Assembly (NCBI RefSeq): GCF_051307035.1
Contig: NZ_CP195536.1
Location: forward strand, 510,001-542,000
Length of the DNA: 32,000 bases
Direction: 5' to 3'
Origin: Psychrobacter sp. DM4
Lineage (GTDB): Bacteria; Pseudomonadota; Gammaproteobacteria; Pseudomonadales; Moraxellaceae
Part shown: in pieces, positions 19,370 through 29,480 of the stretch
Position numbering within the stretch: position 1 is the first letter of the stretch
Layout of the letters: each line of letters starts with the position of its first letter
The notes under the pieces: generated by a model
The model's input: only the letters and a program-made list of their open reading frames with translations
Told to the model about the DNA's origin: nothing
The model's database searches: none
Translations under genes and position numbers: made by a program

Positions 19370-19741
19370 CTTATATTTATTTTTTACGCCTGTTTTGCCC
19401 TATTGGTATATCCAGCTTGCATTATAAATAATAGTATGTGATAACTATATAAAGTTTTGCACCGATATAACTATTATATAGCAAGCGATAATAACAGGGT
19501 AACACTGAGGTGTTGCCTTTTAGTGCTGTCAGTTTGCTTATTATTTGGCTTATGATACAGTAGGATCACAAGCTAGAAGCTATGCTCTTATTTAGTAGAT
19601 AGACGCTGTAGCTGTTATATTTAAAGTAAAATAGATAAACAGTATCGTCGCAAAAGCTGCAATGTGTACTAAGATTTAACGATACCAGTTGTAAGAACGA
19701 TAGATGCTCAACTCATTGTTTAACCAAAAAAGGAAAACCTC

Positions 19742-20932
19742 ATGGCAAAGGCCAAGTTTGAACGCGTAAAGCCCCACGTTAACGTCGGCACCATCGGACA
19801 CGTTGACCATGGTAAAACCACACTAACCGCCGCTATCGCAACCGTAGCCGCTAAAACCTCAGGCGGCGAAGCCAAAGACTACGCGTCTATTGACTCAGCA
19901 CCTGAAGAAAAAGCACGTGGCATCACCATCAACACCTCACACATCGAATATGACACCGAAGCCCGTCATTACGCCCACGTTGATTGCCCAGGTCACGCCG
20001 ATTATGTCAAAAACATGATCACAGGTGCAGCCCAAATGGACGGCGCCATCCTAGTTGTCTCAGCAACTGACGGCCCAATGCCACAAACTCGCGAACACAT
20101 CCTACTCTCTCGTCAGGTTGGCGTACCCTACATCGTCGTCTTCATGAACAAATGTGACGTCGTCGACGACGAAGAATTACTTGAGCTCGTCGAAATGGAA
20201 GTTCGTGAACTTCTCTCTGACTACGACTTCCCAGGTGATGATACCCCAATCGTCAAAGGATCTGCCACAGAAGCCCTAAAAGGCTCACAAGACAAATATG
20301 GCGAACCTGCCATCGTAGAACTACTAGAAATTCTAGACACCTACATCCCAGAGCCAGAGCGTGACGTCGACAAAGCATTCCTAATGCCAATCGAAGACGT
20401 CTTCTCAATCTCAGGTCGTGGTACCGTAGTCACAGGCCGTGTTGAATCCGGTATCGTCCGTATTGGTGACGAAATCGAAATCGTCGGTATCCGTGACACC
20501 CAAAAAACCACCTGTACTGGTGTTGAGATGTTCCGTAAACTACTTGACGAAGGTCGTGCTGGTGAGAACTGTGGCGTACTACTACGTGGTACTAAGCGTG
20601 AAGACGTCCAACGTGGCCAAGTACTCGCTAAGCCAGGTTCAATTACCCCGCATACCAAGTTTGACGCCGAAGTCTACGTCCTATCAAAAGAAGAGGGTGG
20701 TCGTCACACACCATTCCTAAACGGCTATCGTCCACAGTTCTATTTCCGTACCACTGACGTCACTGGCGCAATCCAGCTACAAGACGGTACTGAAATGGTT
20801 ATGCCTGGTGATAACGTTGAGATGGGCGTTGAGCTTATCCACCCAATCGCTATGGACAAAGGTCTTCGCTTCGCTATTCGTGAAGGCGGCCGTACGGTCG
20901 GCGCTGGTGTGGTTGCTACGGTCAAGGACTAA
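19742..20932 (+). CDS. tuf: Elongation factor Tu (tufB-type copy following the Thr-Tyr-Gly-Thr tRNA cluster)
   Basis: 396 aa. [14 protein letters not shown] and NKCD motifs. Essentially full-length canonical EF-Tu. Strongly biased codon use, as expected for a highly expressed gene. AAGGAA Shine-Dalgarno upstream. Confidence 0.97.
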   Translation: MAKAKFERVKPHVNVGTIGHVDHGKTTLTAAIATVAAKTSGGEAKDYASIDSAPEEKARGITINTSHIEYDTEARHYAHVDCPGHADYVKNMITGAAQMDGAILVVSATDGPMPQTREHILLSRQVGVPYIVVFMNKCDVVDDEELLELVEMEVRELLSDYDFPGDDTPIVKGSATEALKGSQDKYGEPAIVELLEILDTYIPEPERDVDKAFLMPIEDVFSISGRGTVVTGRVESGIVRIGDEIEIVGIRDTQKTTCTGVEMFRKLLDEGRAGENCGVLLRGTKREDVQRGQVLAKPGSITPHTKFDAEVYVLSKEEGGRHTPFLNGYRPQFYFRTTDVTGAIQLQDGTEMVMPGDNVEMGVELIHPIAMDKGLRFAIREGGRTVGAGVVATVKD

Positions 20933-20964
20933 TCATTAGATTAGACTCTAACTATTAGATAAGT

Positions 20965-20996
20965 AAAAGCCATCCTTTAGAGGGTGGCTTTTTTGT
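20965..20996 (+). terminator. Rho-independent terminator of tuf
   Basis: Stem agccatcc / gggtggct (one G-U pair) with loop tttaga, followed by tttttt. Confidence 0.75.
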
Positions 20997-21040
20997 GGGT
21001 GTTGATATTGTTTGTAGGCGATAATGAGAGTTAAGATGGG

Positions 21041-21155
21041 CGTAGGGTGGGTTAGTTCAAGCGTAACCCGTCAAATCTTTGATTCAAAATCAGACGGCGG
21101 GTTACGTTTTTTCTGCACTCTCTACGAGAGCTTGAATAAACTAACCCACCCTACG
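21041..21155. repeat. 115-bp MITE/REP-like palindromic element with perfect 17-bp terminal inverted repeats
   Basis: cgtagggtgggttagtt (21041-21057) is the exact reverse complement of aactaacccaccctacg (21139-21155). There is an internal imperfect hairpin cgtaacccgtc ... gacggcgggttacg. No coding capacity. It lies between the tuf terminator and rimI. Confidence 0.6.
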
Positions 21156-21168
21156 CAAATTTGCAGAT

Positions 21169-21666
21169 ATGCTTAATAGAGACAAGACAATGCTAATCAT
21201 AGACTCATTTAATAAAAAAACATCTGGGGCTCAAAGCATTATTCAAGCCGTTGCTAACATCGAAGCGGATGTTCAACCGCAAGACGCTTGGTCGTATCAG
21301 ACAATAATAGACTTGCTTGCACAAGATAGTGTTGATTTATTATTCATTTACCAAAGCGCTAAAATCGTGGGTTACTGCCTTTATCAAACCGTTTTTGAGC
21401 AAGCAGAGATCTTACGTATCGGCACTCATCCTGATTATCAGCGTCAAGGTATTGCTTCCCAGCTATTCATAGCACTAAATGCTATGCTGATTAGCAAAGA
21501 CGTCCAGCAATTAATGTTAGAGGTGAGAGCAGATAATATAGCGGCGATTGCTTTGTATGAGCAACAAGGGTTTGAGGTCATTCATAGTCGCAAAGACTAT
21601 TACAAAGAGGCGCATAGGCCAAGCGTTGACGCCCTTATTATGCAGCGTCGTTACTTAGATGATTGA
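21169..21666 (+). CDS. rimI: Ribosomal-protein-alanine N-acetyltransferase (GNAT family)
   Basis: 165 aa. As I recall E. coli RimI, this matches it closely: ...ILRIGTHPDYQRQGIA (acetyl-CoA loop), LMLEVRADNIAAIALYEQQGFE, DALIMQR. The start could be 21169 or the ATG at 21190. Confidence 0.8.
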   Translation: MLNRDKTMLIIDSFNKKTSGAQSIIQAVANIEADVQPQDAWSYQTIIDLLAQDSVDLLFIYQSAKIVGYCLYQTVFEQAEILRIGTHPDYQRQGIASQLFIALNAMLISKDVQQLMLEVRADNIAAIALYEQQGFEVIHSRKDYYKEAHRPSVDALIMQRRYLDD

Positions 21667-21729
21667 TGTTACTTAGACAATTAATGCTACTTAGATGATT
21701 GATGCTACTTAAATGATTAATACTACTTC
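21651..21729. repeat. 18-bp tandem repeat, about 4.4 copies, spanning the rimI stop and the merR-family gene stop
   Basis: Units: ttacttagatgattgatg (21651-21668), ttacttagacaattaatg (21669-21686), ctacttagatgattgatg (21687-21704), ctacttaaatgattaata (21705-21722), and partial ctacttc (21723-21729). Confidence 0.85.
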
Positions 21730-22142
21730 TTTATTATGTCTATTTTTTCGAGGCTGTTTTGATCTTTTTTCATTTGTTCAAGGGTAATCAAGCGCTGACT
21801 TAAGGTTTCCACCATCAGATTAATAGTAGCTTGCTGCTCGAGAATTTGGGCAAGCTTTTGTTTAACGATATCAAGTTGTTCATCCAAATCGAGCTGGCCA
21901 TCGTAATAGTCGTTTAGACTATTTTGAATCTCAGTCAAAGTAAAGCCGATCGCTTGCGCGCGCTTTATCAGTGCGATACGATCTACGCATTCAGGATGAA
22001 ACTCAGTATACAGACGTGATCCTGCTTGACGTTTACGAGATTTTAACAACCCCAAATCATCATAATGACGCACAGTATCTTTGGTGGTATTGGCGGTTTG
22101 TGCCAGTTGACCTATTAGTAAAAACGAGTCGTCGAATGACAT
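21723..22142 (-). CDS. MerR-family transcriptional regulator; effector unknown
   Basis: 139 aa. N-terminal winged HTH LIGQLAQTANTTKDTVRHYDDLGLL...R...G.R.Y. Long C-terminal coiled-coil dimerisation helix. No C-terminal Cys/His metal-binding loop. Confidence 0.85.
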   Translation of the reverse strand: MSFDDSFLLIGQLAQTANTTKDTVRHYDDLGLLKSRKRQAGSRLYTEFHPECVDRIALIKRAQAIGFTLTEIQNSLNDYYDGQLDLDEQLDIVKQKLAQILEQQATINLMVETLSQRLITLEQMKKDQNSLEKIDIIKK

Positions 22143-22205
22143 ATAGACGTCCTTGCATTTGTGAATATATGGCTAGTCTATACTTATGATTGCGTCTGTT
22201 TTGCC

Positions 22206-23024
22206 TTATGTTTGTAGCTTCCAAGGAAGAGCCGTCCCTAATTTGGCAACAGGCAAAGACCTGTGTGAACCTGTGTCCCATCTGATAGAACGTGCGCCGA
22301 TGAGGCTATCAAGCTGCGCCAAAAACTCAGTACGCGGTAGCGTCGTTGCCCCCAAACTCATTAAGTGTTCGTTTGGTAGTTGACAATCTACTAGTGCGAC
22401 ATCACTTTGCTCGCATAGACGCATTAGACCCCAAAAAGCGAGCTTAGACGCGTTAGAGACAGTATGAAACATAGATTCACCAAAATAAATGCCATTTATT
22501 TTTAGACCGTACAATCCGCCTACTAGCTGGCCTAGCTCGTCCCAGACCTCTATACTATGAGCGAAACCATAGGCATGAAGCTGGGTGTAAGCCTCAATCA
22601 TTTCCTCATGAATCCAAGTGTGCTCGCCCTCAGGCAGACCATCGCTACGCGGTAGACTACACGCATGTATGACCTCGTCAAAAGCCTGATCAAGCGTCAA
22701 TTGCCAACGCATTTGATTCGCTTGTTTGCGTAGCGATTTGCTCGCCCGGTAGCTGCTTGGCGTGATCACGCAGCGCGGCTCAGGACACCACCACGCAATA
22801 GGCTCCTCTTCATTGAACCAAGGGAACAGACCTCGCGCATAAGCGGAGATTAAAGTCTCTGCCGCAAGATCACCACCGACCGCCACGATACCTACGCCAT
22901 CAGGATCAGCATCTATAGGACTAGGGAAGTCATAACGTCCGAGACTTTTTAAGGTCTCAGGCGTGATGGCGCTCGCACTGACAAGGGGTTGATTACTCGT
23001 ATGACTGTTGCCAGATGCGCTCAC
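22206..23024 (-). CDS. aat: Leucyl/phenylalanyl-tRNA--protein transferase
   Basis: 272 aa. Conserved blocks GGDL....L..AY..GLFPW, WW.P.PR, H..HS.EVW and GESMF. The GTG start at 23024 directly abuts the trxB TAA stop. It has an N-terminal extension of about 25-35 aa over E. coli Aat as I recall it. Confidence 0.9.
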   Translation of the reverse strand: MSASGNSHTSNQPLVSASAITPETLKSLGRYDFPSPIDADPDGVGIVAVGGDLAAETLISAYARGLFPWFNEEEPIAWWCPEPRCVITPSSYRASKSLRKQANQMRWQLTLDQAFDEVIHACSLPRSDGLPEGEHTWIHEEMIEAYTQLHAYGFAHSIEVWDELGQLVGGLYGLKINGIYFGESMFHTVSNASKLAFWGLMRLCEQSDVALVDCQLPNEHLMSLGATTLPRTEFLAQLDSLIGARSIRWDTGSHRSLPVAKLGTALPWKLQT

Positions 23025-24098
<1,074 letters not shown>

Positions 24099-24441
24099 CT
24101 ACAAAGGTAGCATCAAAAAGATAAACAGGTAGCCCTTAAAAATGACGACCTATATCGTTATTTATCGTGTTATCGTAATTATGAGATGATACTAACATAA
24201 GGGTCGCGGGCAAAAAGTGCAAGTTTGCTAAAACAAACATCGTTATCATTAGAATAAATCTATGAATAAGCATTAAAGGGAGCTTTCTTGACAACACAGT
24301 CGCCAATTAACCTATCTATTTGTTATTATAGGAGGTTATACGCGGCTTGAGACATAACTTATTTTGCGATAGTTTTTTATCCTAAGCACCGCTTATCTAT
24401 ACTATAAGCACCGTTTGATTTTATAGTGATATTTGACGTCG

Positions 24442-24463
24442 TTATGATGAACATTCATCATAA
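24442..24463. repeat. Perfect 22-bp palindrome (10-bp arms, 2-bp spacer) 18 bp upstream of the ftsK start; function unknown
   Basis: ttatgatgaa (24442-24451), spacer ca, ttcatcataa (24454-24463). The arms are exact reverse complements. Confidence 0.9.
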
Positions 24464-24480
24464 TCTGGCACCCTCTTAGT

Positions 24481-27400
24481 ATGAATCGTATTGATAAAGG
24501 CAGATCCTACGTGATATCAGCATCAGTTATTGAGTACTTAAAAAAAGGGATATTTACTATCCTTGGATTAATAGTGGCCGTTTATTTATTTGTTATTTTG
24601 CTGACGTATACCGGTAACGATCCTAGCTGGTCGCATATTAGTAGTGATATGAATACGATTAATAATATGGGCGGCGCTATGGGCGCTTGGTTATCCGACC
24701 TACTCTATAGCTTTTTTGGCTTTGGCGCTTGGTGGTTGTTTGCGTTCTTGGTTTATGAGTCGATCTTGATTTGGTGGGAGAGTAAGCCTACGTTCTGGCC
24801 ATTACGTTTGATGGCCTATGTATTCTTACTACTGAGTGCTAGTGCGTTGTTTGCGCAATTAGTTGCTTTAATTCAGCAAGTAGCAGACCCTGTCGCGACA
24901 GGTCTCAAAGGAGTCGCAGGCGGCATCATCGGTCTTGAATTACAAGCACGATTAGCGCAGTTGCTATCGCAATGGGGCAGCGTGGCATTCTTGGCGTTGT
25001 TTGTGATTATCACCGCTACTTTTGCCTTTAATATTCATTGGCAACAGCTGTATCATAAGCTCACTGATCTCGGATGGCTTGGCTCTGGTGTCAGCGACAA
25101 AAGTACTCAGTTGAATTCTCGGTTAGACGGTACTCAAAGCGCTGAGAAAAACAATATAGAGGACCAAGATAATATTGGTTTTGATCAGTCTGACGATGGA
25201 CTTGGTACTGCTCGCATAACCGCGCAAAACGAAAATGTGAATCGACAATCCGGTCAACTGCCACTTGAGCTACCAGAGAATCAAGAGGACTACACGGCTA
25301 ATAGTGGTCGTTTTGGCACGGTGTTAACTGACTTTTTATCGAAATCAGGTCTAAAAGATAGTGTAAAAGCTTCGATGGCAATAGCGGCGACTGAAGCTGC
25401 TGCTATTGGTCGCAAGCCGCAAACTGCGATGGCGAGCGTGAGCGTGAGCAGTCATCCTGCTCATAAGTCATTAACAGAAACCACCCCGACGCCTTTACGT
25501 AAGGTAGAGCCGAGTTTTGCCTGGAATGATGCCAGCACGGTCGATGATTTGTTAGCAACTGGTGATTTTGTTAATAATTATGGCGAGCAACATGAGCCAG
25601 AGTCTGACAGTGCTCCTGTTGTAGCGACAGAGCTTAGTAATACTGATAAGCCAATCGTTTCGCCATCTACAACGCCACTAGCATCAACGACAGCGGCAAC
25701 GCCCGTATTTGACGATAAGTTATCTAATGGTGTAACCATTGAGGACGATGCAAGCCAAGTCGATGAGTTGGCCGATGCTTGGCTAGCAGAGCACGGTACT
25801 ATACCTAACACTACGCTTGATACCATGCCTAGCACTACGCCTAATGCTATACCCGATAGCTCATCTGTTATCGAAGATGAAATAGATGAGCTATCAATCC
25901 ATAACGACTCAACCGAAATAGCGAGCGCGCCGCTACACAATGAAACCGTAGCACCAGTCATTGAACCACAAGTGGATACTCAAAACGTATCAAGTCCACC
26001 AGCTACTGATATGACGCCGACCAATACGCCACCTGCGAATCCAAAACTACCACCAACAGCAGTCGCGCCAGTCTCAGCTATAGTTGCTGAGCCAGTAGTG
26101 CCTGAGCCTAGCACACCCAAGTCTCATATAGGTTTTGCAGTACCTGAAGGCGATAGTAGTAACCATATCACTGATATGATGCCAGATCATAACGATTCTG
26201 ACGCGCCAGTGATGCCAGATATCAGTGATGATGCAGCCTTTAGTCAAAAGTCACGCGCGATGCAAACGGCTGAATATCGCGGTAATCTCACGCCTATTCC
26301 AGAGATATCCATTCTCGATAAACCTGACCCTGACCGTATGCCAAGCTATACCGTAACTGAGCTTAAGCAACTATCAGAACTGCTCGAGATTAAGTTGCAA
26401 GAGTTCAACGTCAAGGCAGAAGTGGTCAATGCTATACCGGGACCTGTAGTGACGCGTTTTGAAGTTGAGCTTGCCGCTGGAGTCAAGGCTAGCAAGGTTA
26501 CGGGTATCTCTCGTGATTTGGCGCGCTCCTTATCTATGGCATCCCTGCGCGTGGTCGAAGTGATACCAGGCAAGCCCTATATCGGTATCGAGGTGCCCAA
26601 TAAAAAGCGTGAAATGGTGCGTCTCATTGAGCTACTAAATACCGAAAAATTCAAAGATCCCAAAGCGCAAATCAGTATGGCCATGGGTAAAGATATCGGT
26701 GGCAATGCTATTATCACTGATCTTGCTCGTGCCCCGCATATGCTAGTCGCGGGTACGACAGGCTCTGGTAAATCGGTACTCGTCAATTCCATGCTACTAT
26801 CGATGCTGCTCAAATATAAGCCTGATGAGCTGCGTCTAATTCTGATTGATCCTAAACAGTTAGAGCTTGCTAACTACAATGACATTCCGCATCTGCTGAC
26901 GCCCGTCGTCACCGATATGACAGAGGCGGCTAGCAGTTTGTCTTGGTGCGTCGCTGAGATGGAGCGTCGTTATCAGCTTATGAGCTTGCTCAAAGTCCGT
27001 AAGCTTGACGAATTTAACAAAAAAGTCCGCGCTGCTGAAGCTGCTGGTAAACCGATGCTTGATCCCTTATGGCGACCGAACGATAGCGTGAGTATCAGTC
27101 AAGCGCCTAAGCTCAAAACGCTACCGATGATCGTCATCGTCGCTGATGAATTTGCTGATATGATTATGCAAGTGGGCAAGCAAGCTGAAGAGCTCATCAC
27201 GCGATTGGCACAAAAATCACGGGCAGCAGGTATTCACTTAATGCTCGCAACCCAGCGTCCGTCAGTCGATGTGATTACAGGTCTCATCAAAGCTAACATT
27301 CCAGTACGAGCAGCACTGCGGGTCAATTCAAAAGTAGATTCGCGCACGATACTCGATAGCGGCGGTGCTGAGGACATGCTCGGTAACGGTGATATGTTGT

Positions 27401-27768
27401 TCTTAGGGCCAGGGCAGATTGAGCCTGATCGTGTCCACGGCGCGTATGTTAGCGACGAAGAGGTCAATCGTGTTTGTGACGCGTGGCGCGAGCGCGGTGC
27501 CCCTGATTATATTGATAATATGGCAGGCAATTTTGAGCTATCAGGTTCAAGTAGTGGTAGTGGCGCGGGTAGTAGTACTGGCGAAGATGATGACCTATAC
27601 AACGATGCGGTCGCTTTCATCATGGAGACCCGCAAAGTCTCGGCTTCAAGCATTCAGCGTAAGTTCAGTATCGGTTATAACCGTGCGGCGCGCATCGTTG
27701 ACTCTATGGAGGAGGCTGGGCTGGTCAGCTCGATGGGCAAAAGTGGTAAGCGTGAGCTATTGATGTAG
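24481..27768 (+). CDS. ftsK: DNA translocase FtsK
   Basis: 1095 aa. N-terminal polytopic membrane domain (DPSWS motif). Long P/T/S/D/A-rich linker at roughly aa 200-620. Motor domain with Walker A GTTGSGKS and Walker B IVIVADEFAD. C-terminal gamma winged-helix (SASSIQRKFSIGYNRAARIVDSMEEAGLV). Confidence 0.95.
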   Translation: MNRIDKGRSYVISASVIEYLKKGIFTILGLIVAVYLFVILLTYTGNDPSWSHISSDMNTINNMGGAMGAWLSDLLYSFFGFGAWWLFAFLVYESILIWWESKPTFWPLRLMAYVFLLLSASALFAQLVALIQQVADPVATGLKGVAGGIIGLELQARLAQLLSQWGSVAFLALFVIITATFAFNIHWQQLYHKLTDLGWLGSGVSDKSTQLNSRLDGTQSAEKNNIEDQDNIGFDQSDDGLGTARITAQNENVNRQSGQLPLELPENQEDYTANSGRFGTVLTDFLSKSGLKDSVKASMAIAATEAAAIGRKPQTAMASVSVSSHPAHKSLTETTPTPLRKVEPSFAWNDASTVDDLLATGDFVNNYGEQHEPESDSAPVVATELSNTDKPIVSPSTTPLASTTAATPVFDDKLSNGVTIEDDASQVDELADAWLAEHGTIPNTTLDTMPSTTPNAIPDSSSVIEDEIDELSIHNDSTEIASAPLHNETVAPVIEPQVDTQNVSSPPATDMTPTNTPPANPKLPPTAVAPVSAIVAEPVVPEPSTPKSHIGFAVPEGDSSNHITDMMPDHNDSDAPVMPDISDDAAFSQKSRAMQTAEYRGNLTPIPEISILDKPDPDRMPSYTVTELKQLSELLEIKLQEFNVKAEVVNAIPGPVVTRFEVELAAGVKASKVTGISRDLARSLSMASLRVVEVIPGKPYIGIEVPNKKREMVRLIELLNTEKFKDPKAQISMAMGKDIGGNAIITDLARAPHMLVAGTTGSGKSVLVNSMLLSMLLKYKPDELRLILIDPKQLELANYNDIPHLLTPVVTDMTEAASSLSWCVAEMERRYQLMSLLKVRKLDEFNKKVRAAEAAGKPMLDPLWRPNDSVSISQAPKLKTLPMIVIVADEFADMIMQVGKQAEELITRLAQKSRAAGIHLMLATQRPSVDVITGLIKANIPVRAALRVNSKVDSRTILDSGGAEDMLGNGDMLFLGPGQIEPDRVHGAYVSDEEVNRVCDAWRERGAPDYIDNMAGNFELSGSSSGSGAGSSTGEDDDLYNDAVAFIMETRKVSASSIQRKFSIGYNRAARIVDSMEEAGLVSSMGKSGKRELLM

Positions 27769-27795
27769 AGACTAGTCGGTTTAACACATGCAAAA

Positions 27796-27823
27796 AGCGA
27801 GTCGTGAGAGCGGCTCGTTTTTT
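27796..27823 (+). terminator. Rho-independent terminator of ftsK
   Basis: 9-bp stem agcgagtcg / cggctcgtt (two G-U pairs) with loop tgagag, running into a T-tract. Confidence 0.65.
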
Positions 27824-27932
27824 ATTTGAGCATTTAAAATAAGTTACAGATGGACTGAATGTAAATAGGTACAGTATTGAGATTAATATAAGTAGTTTCA
27901 CCACCACAATAACAGTGAGCAAGGACGCCGAA

Positions 27933-29426
27933 ATGTTTAAAGAATATACCCAATACGACGCTATAGGATTAGCAGGTCTGGTCAAATCAGGCGAAGTGAG
28001 TGCCAAAGAGCTATTAGAATCAGCGATAGCTCGCGCCAACAAACTAAATCCTAAGATGAATGCCATTATTCATCGTTTTGATGAACGTGCTTATACGGCA
28101 GCGCAGCGCGGCTTGCCTGATGGCGTATTTACTGGCGTACCTTTTTTATTAAAGGATCTGTCCTTTCATTTTGAAGGTGAGCCGATCACTATGGGCAGCC
28201 GGAGCATCGAGGTCACAAGCGACCATGACAGCGAAATCGTCAAACGCATGAAAGCATCAGGGGTCAACACCTTTGGCAAGACTAACACCCCTGAATTTGG
28301 TTTGATTATCACGACCGAACCAAAAGCTCACGGGGCTACGCACAATCCATTCAAAAAAGGCTATAGCTCTGGCGGCTCATCGGGTGGTAGTGCAGCTGCC
28401 GTAGCTAGCGGCATCGTACCGATGGCAGGCGCGGGTGATGGTGGCGGCTCTATACGTTTCCCTGCTGCTTGGTGCGGCGCTGTAGGACTAAAGCCCAGCC
28501 GTGGACGCAACCCATTCGGACCTGATTTTGGAGAAGGATGGGATGGTGCTGCAGCCGATCATGTTATCACTCGTACAGTACGCGATACCGCTGCCATGCT
28601 CGATGCCACAAGTGGTCGTGAGATCGGTGCGCCTTATATCATTGCGCCGCCTGAGGAGTCGTTTTTGCAAGCGGCTATGCGTGCGCCTAAGTCATTAACC
28701 ATCGCCTTGCATCAGCAGCCACTCATTGCCAATACAGCAGTGGATAAAGAGGTGCTGGCAGTGCTTGAGCGTACCGCTAAGCAGTTGGAGTCCATGGGTC
28801 ACCGCGTCGTTCCTGCTGAGCCTAACATCAATATCGAACAGTTCTGGCATGATTTTATCGTAGTCGTTTGCGCGCATACTGCCTTTACTATCGACAATAT
28901 TGAGAAGCGCTTTGGTGCCAAACATATCAAAAAACTAGAACCTCAAACCTATAATATGGCGATGCTCGGGCGCTCACTGTCCGCAGCCGACTTAGTCCAT
29001 GCTAAACACGGCTGGCACCACAGCCAATATCAGACGGGGTTACTACTTGAAACTTACGATATGATCTTGTCACCAACAGTGCCTACAACTGCGGTCAAGC
29101 ACGGCGTACTGCCGCCAAGCCGAGTCGAGGAGATGCTGATGAATACCTCAGGCTTACTAAGTAAAGGCATTGACATGGGTAAGTATACCTTTAGCTCAGG
29201 TATGATCGAAAAACTCAGTCATCCTGTACTGAGCAAAATGGGCTTTACGATACTAGGTAACATTACAGGCCTACCTGCCATCTCTCTACCGATGGGCATG
29301 AGCAAAAAGGGGCTACCTATCGGTATGCAGCTGATTGGGCGAATGAATGATGAGTCGACGATACTGAGCTTAGCAGGAGAGATTGAGCGTGCAGGCTGGT
29401 TTACCAAACCTACTTTTGAGAAATAG
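27933..29426 (+). CDS. Amidase-signature family amidase; substrate unknown
   Basis: Start moved to the ATG at 27933, with AAGGA 6 nt upstream; the track uses a GTG at 27915. Amidase signature [12 protein letters not shown] and the Ser-cisSer-Lys context (KDL...GKTNTPEFG). About 497 aa. Confidence 0.85.
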   Translation: MFKEYTQYDAIGLAGLVKSGEVSAKELLESAIARANKLNPKMNAIIHRFDERAYTAAQRGLPDGVFTGVPFLLKDLSFHFEGEPITMGSRSIEVTSDHDSEIVKRMKASGVNTFGKTNTPEFGLIITTEPKAHGATHNPFKKGYSSGGSSGGSAAAVASGIVPMAGAGDGGGSIRFPAAWCGAVGLKPSRGRNPFGPDFGEGWDGAAADHVITRTVRDTAAMLDATSGREIGAPYIIAPPEESFLQAAMRAPKSLTIALHQQPLIANTAVDKEVLAVLERTAKQLESMGHRVVPAEPNINIEQFWHDFIVVVCAHTAFTIDNIEKRFGAKHIKKLEPQTYNMAMLGRSLSAADLVHAKHGWHHSQYQTGLLLETYDMILSPTVPTTAVKHGVLPPSRVEEMLMNTSGLLSKGIDMGKYTFSSGMIEKLSHPVLSKMGFTILGNITGLPAISLPMGMSKKGLPIGMQLIGRMNDESTILSLAGEIERAGWFTKPTFEK

Positions 29427-29438
29427 GTTTGGTAAACC

Positions 29439-29468
29439 AGCATTAGTACTAGTGCTGGTACTAATGCT
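29439..29468. other. Perfect 11-bp-stem hairpin between the convergent amidase and dioxygenase genes (no T-tract)
   Basis: agcattagtac (29439-29449) / gtactaatgct (29458-29468) with loop tagtgctg. An alternative pairing ccagca/tgctgg is possible. No U-run on either strand. Confidence 0.4.
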
Positions 29469-29480
29469 AGCAGGCATACT

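Noticed and set aside
19370-19741. An unusually long (372 bp) AT-rich spacer between tRNA-Thr(GGU) and tuf, with ATAACTAT direct repeats and a ggtaacac/gtgttgcc hairpin, considered as a possible small RNA or inserted element.
   Set aside because: It has no terminal inverted repeats, terminator or ORF. It is most simply a leader carrying a secondary tuf promoter and processing sites. I cannot say more without transcript mapping.
24142-24189. A 15-codon Ile/Val-rich mini-ORF (MTTYIVIYRVIVIMR) in the trxB-ftsK spacer, resembling an ilv-type leader peptide.
   Set aside because: It has no Shine-Dalgarno, no downstream terminator/antiterminator structure, and no branched-chain amino-acid gene downstream. 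The Ile/Val codons arise from three direct copies of TATCGT (24153, 24163, 24171). These are more simply an AT-rich repeat or a protein-binding array in the divergent promoter region.
24288-24318. TTGACA (24288-24293), 19-nt spacer, TATCTA as a MerR-type long-spacer promoter for ftsK, possibly served by the nearby MerR-family regulator.
   Set aside because: The 19-bp spacer contains no dyad symmetry, the -10 is weak, and linking it to the regulator 2 kb away is pure speculation.
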